64,000 nucleotides of DNA from Cycas panzhihuaensis (lineage: Eukaryota > Plantae > Cycadophyta). This document shows positions 23,801-34,759 of this stretch, piece after piece; the stretch's first letter is position 1, and each line of letters begins with the position of its first letter. The translations under genes were made by a program, and so were the position numbers. Where the stretch lies: contig CM041465.1 in NCBI GenBank assembly GCA_023213395.1, positions 69,695,741 through 69,759,740 of the forward strand, read 5' to 3'. A model generated the notes under the pieces. The model saw only the letters and a list, made by a program, of their open reading frames with translations, searched no databases and had not been told where the DNA came from.

Positions 23801-23891
23801 CAACCCTGGCATCTTTTCGATCCAAGTTTTGCAAAGTCAATAGATGAAAACCACTAACTAAAAACTAGGGTGACAAAAGTCTGTAAGCGTA

Positions 23892-24358
23892 GAAACTCTC
23901 TCCTACTCAGCAAAACAAGTAAATGTGATTGCAGTACCAAGCCACACAACATAGGTGCCTCTAAGAATGGAGGCTCATCTATTACAGAGAACCCATTGTG
24001 CTTGCAGTTTCTCAAGATCTGCATAATGCTTCTCTATTTCAGAGGTGGTCACCAAGGGGTTTGTAACAACATCACTTGCAGTCAAATGCCACATATAGGG
24101 ATCCACATGTGCTTCAAAAAATGGAAGATGCATCATTTGAACAATAAACACTACTATAGAATATATCAGGTACAAGAGGAAGCATCAACAAACTATTTGT
24201 TAACTCCAAAACAATGACACATAAAGTAACTGTCATCCACATTGAAACCCCAAGAAAAGAAGTTGCACCAAGCACAGCAAATAGACCCTGATCCAGACCT
24301 GTAAATGGTCCCATTAGCATGTCAATAAATCAACCAGATGTGGCTCCTATCAAAATCA
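23892..24358 (-). pseudogene. CLC: CLC chloride channel fragment (last TM helices plus CBS start)
   Basis: GLFAVLGATSFLGVSMWMTVTLCVIVLELTNSLLMLPLV; LPFFEAHVDPYMWHLTASDVV; HNGFSVIDEPPFLEAPMLCGLVLQSHLLVLL. Confidence 0.9.
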
Positions 24359-24381
24359 CAAACCTAAAGGAACAATCATTT

Positions 24382-24535
24382 TGTCAAATACTTGATGAGC
24401 ATGCTAGCGTCCATAATGTTGTCGTTATGGGTGTATCCATGATGGTCATATCCTGTAATTATTGCATTCCAAGTGGCCACATCTCATTCAAGCATTTCCT
24501 CGAACAGTTGGCATATGTCCTCCATTTTCCTGCAT
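24382..24535 (-). pseudogene. PLS-class PPR fragment
   Basis: CRKMEDICQLFEEMLE*DVATWNAIITGYDHHG and HAHQVFDKM. Confidence 0.75.
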
Positions 24536-24619
24536 GTAATGGTGAGAACCTTGTTGGCCTCATGGGAAATCTTAGTTGGTCTTCACATTGAAGGTTCTTG
24601 CAAGAATGCCATGCAAGGC

Positions 24620-24750
24620 AAAGGATTAATTGAGCACAATGCTTCTTCAAAATCCTATCTCCCAACGATTTGAATGTCTTTGTCTTCAACCCAATGCAAT
24701 CAAAGAGAGCAATGGACAGTCTGCTGAAAGACGAGATGCTCTCTTCTTGG
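24620..24750 (-). pseudogene. Possible AAA-ATPase lid fragment
   Basis: IQIVGR*DFEEALCSINP. Confidence 0.3.
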
Positions 24751-25723
24751 CCAAACTTTCACTTCTCTACTCACGCTATTCCTTCAACATCATGGCAAGG
24801 AGCTTTTGATATTCGATAGCTTCAGTCAACACACTTCTTCTAGCAGGCGAACTTATGAATGTTCTGGAATGTAATGGTGATGATAATTGCAATGGCAACG
24901 ACAAGCAAACATTTGTCAAATTATCAAGTCAAGAATGGTTCTCAAAAAACCATGCTAAAGGGTTGGAGATCGCAATAGGTGCAACTAAGAACGCTAAGCA
25001 ATAGGTGCACGTCGGACCACTATTTTTGTAAGCCTTTGTTTTGGATCATCACAGTTTCTGGCATCAACGTCACACTGTCCATTCTGACTGGCTTCGCTCA
25101 TATTTACAATGCTTAGAATTAATCTTTTCTAGAGACTCTTGTTGATAGCTTTTTTGGTACTAAGAACCAGTAGACAAAAGCATCACCAGGCAATGCATTC
25201 ATTGCTCCATGATTTCCGTCACGGTAGTTATATTAGTTGTTACCTTCACCATTTCCGCCGACTCACCATTGGTACACAAACGAACCAGGCATTTAAGTAA
25301 CCTGAATTTTGTTGTGCACCTATCTTTCTGCCCTACTTACTATTATCACAATATTCACACAAAACTTCCAGCAGAAAAGAACAGCCCAGAGATTTATGGA
25401 GCTTAAAGACCAAATTCCATTATTTGGAGGCCCTGCGTTTGGTCCTCTCACAACCAAACGCAGGCCAAAAAAGGGTGTACAAGCGGCTGGATGGAAACAG
25501 AACATAAGACTCTTTTTTCACACCGTGCCTTCTACAATTATGACTATTTCAATTAGTTGTATAGTTACATCCCTTTTACAATTATAACTGCCCCTAATAA
25601 TTGAGCAGTTCCACAACTAATCCTAACATTACTTTGCTACAAATAATAATCTAATGTATTATCACATTAGGATTGATACTTTTGATTGTATCTTTAACCA
25701 TCCTAGTCACACCTCCATTGTCC

Positions 25724-26060
25724 TAGTTGCACCTGGATGTCCTCTGGTCGTACTGCCATTGGCACAGTCGCTTTTCTTTGCTAGTCTCGATGCACCTGTG
25801 ACTGATCTGGTCGCACTTGTTGTTGGTATGGTCGCACTGTGGATCGATCTTGTCGCACTCTTGGTCCAATCGCACTGCCGCCGATCCGTCGCTTTCCGGT
25901 CTGGTCACACCTGTCATTGATTTGGTTGCACCTGTTGTTGCTCTGGTCGCACCTGCTATTGGTCTGGTCACACCTATGGCTGATTTGGTCGCGCCTGCTA
26001 GTCGATCGCACTGTGAATCGATCCGTCGCTTTTGTTGCTGGTCCGATCACACCTATGACT
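25724..26060. repeat. CpG-rich ~21-bp tandem repeat (core CTGGTCGCACCTG) in the G2 3' UTR
   Basis: Recurrent GGTCGCAC and GATCG units. Confidence 0.8.
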
Positions 26061-26339
26061 GTATCGATTTATCCACACACATCTCTCTCGTGGCATCTTA
26101 AATGAGTGACCTCACTCGTTCAAAATTTCCCAAATTTTCAAAAACTCTACCGACCTCCTCCTACCTTCCCCAACGAAACTAAAATTTTGGAAATTTATTT
26201 CTATCGTGTCTTCTTCTGAGCCTCTTTTATATTCGCTCTTTCTCGCTTAATAAATTCCAAGTCTAGTTTTGCAATCTGTAGTGGCAGATTTAAACCCTTT
26301 TGCTTCAAATATTCATAAAGAAGGGCTACATCTCGAAGA

Positions 26340-27905
26340 GCATCCAACTATGGAAGTGTTAACATTTCTCCATAATGTAGTTGCTCTATTTCTTGCAACA
26401 ATTCTGCATTCATCTTTTGAGAATTTTCTAATTCCAAGCGGTACGCTCTCATTTGTTGCCATAACTCTACACAGTGTTGTGATTGTTTATAAGATTTGAG
26501 AACCCAAGCTCTAAGACGATGAAATACAAGTTGTAAATCTTTAGGAATACTTTGATCAAAATTTTGCTTAAACCGTTCCAATTGTGGTGTGACTTCATCA
26601 ATATCATCCACCTATTGCAATATGAACTTTTTCAAAGCTTCTAATTTCTTTTTTGTTTCCTATAATTGTTGCTCTAGCCAATTATCCACTGCATCTCTAG
26701 TGTAGGTTGCTTAGGTCTATTTTCCAATTCTCTCACCAGCTGCCTAGTTACCTTAGCCAAAAATGAAGTCTTCTACGTAGACACATCTTGTGGATCACAA
26801 TCGATGGAATTCAGTCCTTCCTCCAATATTTCTTTATCCACGTCATACTCTATTTCGGGTGGCTGATTTTTTATTTTGTCAATAATCTCTTGCTTACGTT
26901 TCTCTTGTGCTAGCTTCCTCCTTTTCTGTCTTTCATATTCATCCTCCATAGATTGTTCTGTACAAAACTGCCTCTGGCTTCCACTGTTCCCTTCATCTAC
27001 TTTTCTTTTCCCTAATCTAACTTGTTCCTTCTTTGCTTCATTCTGTGAAATTTCCTCTTCTTTTATTTCGATTACCTTTCTTTCTACATCAACTAGTTGA
27101 TATTGTTTTTGGAGCCATATTTCTGCCTTGTTCTACACTTCTATCCACCTTCAATCATTTCTAAACATGTCGGGACAACAAGTTAATGGTGCATGTCCCT
27201 CCTCTAGTTTTGGCAACTCCAATTCAGGGCATTGAGCAAAAAGCAAGCCTTGTAATAATGTAACGTGACAAAACGTTACTGATTTTGTCGTTTCAAGAAT
27301 AATTTGTAGGCTCTGCAAGAATTTTTGCCTCATGAAATTCACCCAGTTATACTGGGTCCCTTTAGCCACTCGATTAATCATTGTTCTTAGGTTTGTAGGA
27401 ACATACAGATTTTTCTGTGTTAAAATTACCTTGGTAAAAATAAAATGTGTCAGAAATCTTTTCTCTAGTGACTGAATTCCTTCAATGCAAATTCCCGAAC
27501 TAGAAATATTTTTCACATTCACCCCTAACTGTTTCACTCCTTTTTCTCTTAATATTTATGTATCACGCTTTATTGGTTCTCCCATGTTCGGTAACCCTGT
27601 TAAAGCTATAATTGCCTCAGTCGAGATGTCTAATATCTTTGGCTGTGCAGATGCAAGAGAGGTTATTGTATTCATAAATTTAGGTGAACAAGGAAATGTA
27701 CCTACTACCACATATTTTTCGAAACCTACATCTATCATCATTTTTTTCCGATTATCATTGTCCTTCATTTGCCGCTATTCAGACCAAATACGCGAGTCGT
27801 CGTGCTCTCTAAATATGATGTTCTTCGCCATCCTTTACTCGCACACCTGTGTCTAGTTTCTAATTCCACAGATTTATCCTGTTGGCACCAAGGCTTTTGT
27901 CTCAT
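26340..27905 (-). pseudogene. G2 3' extra ORF: PMD/DUF1985-like domain plus charged coiled-coil tail
   Basis: ISTEAIIALTGLPNMGEPI; KGTQYNWVNFMRQKFLQSL...CHVTLLQGLLFAQCP; E/K/Q-rich C-terminus. Confidence 0.6.
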
Positions 27906-28189
27906 ACTATCTCCCGTCAGATTGTGATACCCATCATTTCTGCTCGTCGCAGCTCCATTATTACTTATAGTGGTCACACCCACCTTTGTATGACCCACGG
28001 TCTTAGCTATTAATTAACGACCTTGTCCTTTTATTTTCATTATTCCTCCTGCCGCTCGAATTAGCTGCTTGTCTAATCACATGTTTATTGTATCACAACA
28101 TTTATTAATGGGTAACATTACCTGACTTGACAATCTGTCCCTTTGGTTTTTATGCTCTTTTTTTTTTTTTTCTTTTTTTTAATATCTAT

Positions 28190-31100
28190 ACAATTTTATC
28201 CTACTACCATTGACGAGCTTTGTCAATGGTTTACCATCTAACTACTCTAGTTTTACAGCCCCATTCTCATAAATACGGTTGATCTTATAAGGTCCTAGCC
28301 ATCTTATTTTCATCTTTCCTGGTTTCATCCTAAATTTACTGTCATATAATAAAACTAAACCATTTACCTTATATTCTGAAACCTTCAAATGCCGGTCATG
28401 CCAAGCCTTTCTTCTTCTTTTTTCTATCTGCAATCCCCTTAAGGCCCTAGCACATTCTTCATCTAGCTTTAATGATTGGAGTAGTCGTTGATCATATGAG
28501 TCTTCGCATCCAATCTCAGTTGTTGTGCTACCCAAAGACTTGCTGCCTAAAATTCAAGAGGAACTAGGACTTCCTACCCTTTAGTCCATATGCCAACTGA
28601 AAAGGTGTATGCTTATGAGGTCATTTCTTCATAGTCCTGTCAACCCACAGGACTGAATGTAACCTGCTTGCCCAGTCAATACGTTCTGCATTACAAATTT
28701 TTATTAGAGCAATTTTTAAAATTTTGTTGGTGCTTTCCACTTGCCCATTTGCTCTAGGTTAATAAGGCAAAGATTTTCCATGTTGTATCAGGAATTATGT
28801 TGTCAAATGTTTAATGGTTTGATTAAGAAAACTCCCCCCTTAATCAAATACTACTTCTAAAGGGCAACCAAATCGCACTATAATCATTTCATATAAAAAA
28901 ATGAGCAGTGCTCCTAGCATCACATTTTTTCATAGGCTTTGCTTCAGTCAATTTTGTCAAAAAGTCTGTAGCCACCAAAATGTACCGGGCATTGGTTCTT
29001 CTCGCAGGAGGGCTGATGGGTCCTACAATGTCCAATCCCCATTTCTTAAATGGGGCCTGAGCTAATATTGGGTGCAAAGGTAAGAAGTTTTTCTTGGAAG
29101 GCTTACTCGTTCATTGACATACATCATAGGTCCTTACCCATTTTTCCGAGTCCTCGAATAGGGTTGGCCACCATAAGCCTGCCAATAATATCTTTTGCGC
29201 ACTAGCTTTGCTTCCGTGATGGGTTGATGCCACCCCTTCATGGGCTTCTCGAAGCATAGCCTACACCTCATGCTCTAGTATGCATCTTCTCAATACCTTG
29301 TCAGGTCCCATCTTATACAGCATTCTTCCTATTAATTGAAATGGAAAGGCCTTTTTAATAAAGCTCCTCCTTTCAACCCTATCCAATCCTCGTTGTGTTT
29401 GCCCCATTGATAGGTATTCGGCAATGCCTTCATACCATGAGGGAATAGCTTCAATTGAAAACAACTTATAATCTGAAAAATCATTTGCTACCCCTATTTC
29501 TACTTCTCCTTCTTGAATTCTGGAAAGTTTGTCCAGTACAATGTGTTTTCACCTTTTTTCACTACAATCTTAAACATAAATTCCTGGAAGAGCATCAACC
29601 AACGACTGATCCTCCCTTATAGAATTGGTTTATTGATTAGATATTGCAGGACCTAGTGATCTACGAAAAACACAAAAGGATTAGCTAATAAATAATGTCT
29701 AAATTTCTACAGAGCATATGTCATGGCCAATCCTTCTTTTTCCGTAACCATATAGTTACATTTCGTTGAAGTTAACTTCCTACTTGCAAATGCAATAGGA
29801 AGGTCGACTTTCTCATCTGTTGGCTGATCCAAAACGCATCCAATGGCATACAACGAAGCAACCACATGAACATGAAATGGCTTATGCCAATCTAGAAATC
29901 TTAATATGGGTGCTTCAACTATCTTCTTCTTTAAAACATCAAATGCCAATTGTTGCTTCAGTGTCCACTTCCAAGCCACTGCTTTTTTTAATAATGATTC
30001 TAAAGGGTTAGCAATCTGGGCATATCCCCGTATAAACTTACGGTAGTACCCAATCATCCCCAAAAAATCTTTTCAAATTTTTCACGTTCTGTGGCATTGG
30101 AAATTTTAAGATGTCTTCGACTCTTGTTGGATTAGTCAACAATCCTTCCTTTGTAACTATATGGCCCAATAATGATCCAAATGGTACCATAAAGGTACAT
30201 TTCTCCAAATTCAGACATAACCGACTCTTCCTGCAAATTTCTAACATTAGTTTCAACTGAGTTAGATGGTTTTTGAGCAAGTTGTATATGGTCCACTCAT
30301 CCAAGAAAGCCTCTATTGTTTTTCCTATCATTTCTTGAATGATGTTCAAAATTATTCTCTGGAAAGTAGCGGGTGCATTAGTAAGCCCAAAAAGCATTAC
30401 TCTGTATGCGTATGTACCCCACTCTATTACAAAAGTTGTCTTTGACTGATCCTCAAGAGCTATTCGAACTTGATTATAGCCACTGAACCCATCAATAAAA
30501 GAAAACACCTCATGTCCAGCAACCTTTTCCAGCAAATCCTCTATAAAGGAATTGGAAACGGATCTCTTTTTATGGCTTTATTTAAAGCCTTATAATCCAC
30601 ACATATTAGCAATTTCCCGCTTTTTTTGGTACAACCACTATCGGACTTACCCATTCACTATTTTCTACTTCAAAAATATATCCTGCTTCTAAAGGTTTGT
30701 CCAATTCTGCCTTCACTTGTTCTTTATATTTGGGATTCATTCAGTAGGGTCTCTGCCTTATTGGTTTGGTGTTTTCCAGTAACTCAATCTTATGCTCTCC
30801 AAGTTCTAGGGGGATCCCGTTAATGTCCTTGTAGGATGAGGCAAAGACATCTTTATATTCCATAAAGAATTCTGTTGCTTGTTGTATTAATTCCGGTTCC
30901 CAGTAGTCTCCTATAGTTATTATCTTGGGATCTTTTTCTGACCCAATATTAATTCTTTTCAGTTGAAGCTCCTTCCTTTGGGTAGTTTTCTCGTCCGACT
31001 GTAACTTGCATGCTGGAGTTTGATAAATCTCCTTTTGTGCATACTCCAAATAGGAATAGGATGCAAGAAAATTCTTCCTTTCCTCTTCTTTTTCTAGTTG

Positions 31101-32322
31101 TTTTTCCACCTGGTAGCATTCCTTTGTCTTCTGGATTGATTTAGGAGAAGAAAAAGTTTGTATAAATCCTCTAACTGCTTCTGCCCAATCCCAACTTCCT
31201 TGATGCCTTTTTTCCTCCCTTAAGTACTAGACCAAACTAGTACCTATAAGGGATATGGGTAAATGATGTGCCCATTCCCTTTTGGGCTTATGAACCCTTT
31301 CCCATATGGCCACACAGTTCCAAACATGTTGTTTAGGATCTTTTCTAAATATCAGAATTTTATCATTTGAAAGCGGATCAAAAATAAGTTTTTCATTTTT
31401 GCCCAGTCAGAAAACTGATTGTGGTGTGCTCTAAACCATAACAAGGCTTGTCCATACAAAGTCAAGCAAACAAATACAACCAATCATCTTTTTTATTTTT
31501 GAAAAATTCAACAAAATTTTTTACATGATTTTCTACTTCCCCTCCTTTTACCCAATATTGAGGTAATTTCCCAAATTTCCCCATGTTACCTGGATGTTCT
31601 TCTTCCCGGGGTGTTTGATTTAAAGCTTGTTCTACTTCCATCTCATCTTTTGGATTGTCTTCACATAATTCTAGATGGTAGCAATTTGTCGTTTTTGCTC
31701 CTGTCACCTCCCACGCTATTTGCAACCAATCTAGCATATATGTTGATGAAGCCTCACTTGGAAGATAAGGTGGAGTCTTCAAGGCTTGGAATGTTGTTTC
31801 TAAGCAGGGGCTTACAGTAGTTGTTGGTGTAGCCATTGTAGTGGATGTTGTGTCTATATCTTCCACTTTCTATATTTGAGGTCCACTCGAACAAAGGGGA
31901 AGTACTACTTTCTTTCTTACATGTAAAGTGAATGTCAGTCTTCCCCAATCTTGTAGTGCCTCGATTGCTAACAACCAAGGTCTTCCCAATAGTGCTAGAT
32001 AAGTCTTATGATGATCTTGCCTCCTTATTACCGCAAAGTCTAAACAGATTGTGATGCCTACAACTTCTACTGGCATATTCAACAAGGTTCCCATCGGCCT
32101 CACTTGCAACTGATTTGCTAACCTTATAGCATAGTCTGGGGAAAGCATATCAAGCCTTCCCAGGGAGGTCCATGTTGTTTTAGGGAGTACATTTATTCCC
32201 GAACTGCCATCAACAATGGCTTTACAAATTGCTATTCTAAGGAGAATCATTGGAACTCTGGGGTCAATAGAATCAATCTTGAAGGCTCGCAGCACAAGTT
32301 TCTCAATATGATCCAATATCAC
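28190..32322 (-). pseudogene. pol: G2 pol (PR, extra capsid-like repeats, RT, RH, INT)
   Basis: AIVDGSSGIN, FIDGFSGYNQ, FGLTNAPATFQR, WGLDIVGP, WLGPY. Confidence 0.93.
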
Positions 32323-32399
32323 TTACTGGAAGTACCCTGCCTCCCACCATTTGAAAACAACAATGGGAATTGAAATTCCCAATTCCATTAGAAAATCCT

Positions 32400-34443
32400 T
32401 TACTTCCTACAGCCTCTGCCAAGAATTTTTCTCAGGTTGTTCTCCTCAAAAAGTTGTTCTTCTTTGGTATACCTGCCCTTTATATCTATTCGCTTGATTT
32501 ATTTCTTCTTGTTGGACCACCTTTGTTGCTTCTTGTAGGGCTTGCACTGCTTCATATAGCCTCCTTCTCTCTACTGCTGGATCTGGAAATTTTCTACCAT
32601 TAGTGTAGAAGTGACCTTCCGACTTCTTGTTTGCACATATACCAGTTGTTCGACGTCTGATATTTTTGTTGCGAGATTGGAAGTTTGTATCTTTGAACCA
32701 AGATTTTTAGGGCAATTCACCCATTTGTGGTCTGCTAGACCACATTCCTTGTAAATATAATCCCCTTCCTACTTCTGCAACAGACAATCTGTCTGATAAT
32801 GACCCCATCTGGAGCACAAATGACACCATATTGGTTTTGTTTTTACTTTGTATTGTTTAAAGGAATTCCGCTCTGTTATTTGATAAAACGAATCTCGCAT
32901 TTCATTTCGTGGTGTCCCATGATAACATTCCTAGGGGATGTGATTACTTCATCTACATATTTCACACCATTTTTTTTCTGGGATTTGTGGGCTCATTTCT
33001 AAAATGTCTAGCTTGCCTGCAAGGCGGAGGACACCATACATTTTCTCGTGTCTTTTCTAATTTTAATTTGGCTACTTCCGTTCTCAACCTTTCAATCTCC
33101 TAGCTTTGTTGATTTGTTCTAAGAAGCAAAGTAGAAGGTTGTCGCTGTAACATTTCAATCTCTTTTTTCAATGCTTCTAATTCAGGATTCATTCCCCATT
33201 GGGAAATGTTTATTGCCATCTATCCAAGCATCTGGAACACCGGCTACAAGTACCTCATTTTCATTTGGTTTTCAAATCTTAGAGCTAAGTATTTTACTTG
33301 CTCATAACTATTCAATGGATGCAAGGTAACTTTCTCCTTTAGGTGAGGCAGCAATCCTTGGACAACGTATTTCAAGGATAACATAGGATTCATGGGAATC
33401 GAAGGATCCATTTTATTCATAATAATTCTTAATCTGCTATCGAAATCATTGACAGACTCACCTGGTATCTAGCGGATTTCTTCCAAGGCCTGAAAGATGG
33501 CCATTGAATCCTGTGGTCTTTGGAACATATCCAAGAATTGTGTCTGAATCACCTCCCATGTTGGACTAGTTGCCGAAATGTACTAATACCAAGCTATTGC
33601 GACTCCTCTTAATGTTGAAAAGAATCGAGCCTTGATCTCTTCGGGGTCTTGAATTCTTTTGATTTTTAACATGTTGGAAAAAAGGGCTAGATGGTCCCCT
33701 AGGTCACCCGAGCCATCAAATTGCAAATGTTCGAACACAACATCATTCTGGATAATCACATATGGAGGGTTCATCTAATTTCCCCCCACCATATTTCCTT
33801 GCGTTACATTCACCAGACCTGCTAGAATTGGGCCACTTTGTAAGTTCTTATTTGCATTCCCAATTAGAGTTCCTAAACTCGTCCCTCCTCCTAAGGGGTT
33901 CACTGTGTTAGGGGGAGTAACATTTATACTTTCAGTTTGTCCTAGGCTTCCTCTCGAAAACATCGAACCAAAAATCATTTCTGCCATTTTGTTAAATAAT
34001 GGATTCAAAACATGGGAATGAGAATCCCTAACTTCTAGAATATGGCGGTCCCATCCTGTTGCAATGGTGCTATAGACTTTAAATTTTACTGATCTTCTTT
34101 CTTCTGAGCTTATTTGTTCATCTTTTTCTTCTTTTGGGGCTTTGTCCTTCGCGCACCTTTGTCGAGTCTCTGCTTGGTTTTCCTCAAATTTTCTCCAAAT
34201 TTCCACCGAGAATTGCTTCCCTATTTCATCTTCTTTCTCCCTGCTCTTATCTTCCTGTTCTCTTGGGGTCAGGCTTCCTTCTTGTCTGCCCTTTGTAGGT
34301 TGTCTTCTTCTTACCTGCTTCCTCTCCACGGGTTCCTTAGGTTTGCGGGTCCCTTCCTCGGGTTTTTTTGTTTCCCAGCTTTGGGTTTGTTCCTGTCTTG
34401 TCTCTATCTTCTTTGCAGAGTTCACTCTTGGTGGCATGGACAA
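32400..34443 (-). pseudogene. gag: G2 gag
   Basis: Charged N-terminus; FDGSGDLGDHL...STLRGVAIAWY...TWEVIQTQFLDMF; degenerate knuckles. Confidence 0.85.
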
Positions 34444-34759
34444 CCCCTTCTAATTCTTCATTCTTGAGTGCTCATCCTTCTCCTCCTATGATGGATAACC
34501 GGCAATGGAACTAATGTGTTCCTATCTTTCTGCCCTACTTACTATTATTACAATATTCACACAGAACGTTCAGTAGAAAAGAACAATGTAGAGATTTATG
34601 GAGCATAAAGACCAAATTCCATTATCTGGAGGCCCTACATCTTGTAGCATTCCAAAATATGGTCAAAAATATAGCTTATTACCATTCAAATCGAAGGCCT
34701 CTAAACAACGATTCCAATGGTCCAGACGAAAGTTAAAGGAACCTACAGAGCGATGCTGG

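Larger units (their letters stand above)
25313..34640 (-). mobile_element. Ty3/Gypsy G2 (same lineage as G1), 5' LTR truncated
   Basis: 3' LTR 25313-25569 with PPT (rc AAAAGGGA) at 25570-25577. The 5' LTR remnant 34515-~34640 matches it. Degenerate tRNA-Asp-like PBS at 34494-34513. Order gag-PR-RT-RH-INT-extra ORF. Confidence 0.92.

Noticed and set aside
25723-26105. Overlapping ORFs in several frames
   Set aside because: They arise from the 21-bp stop-poor tandem repeat.
34114-34467. Phe/Leu/Ser-rich ORFs antisense to G2 gag
   Set aside because: Mirror of the K/E-rich coding strand.
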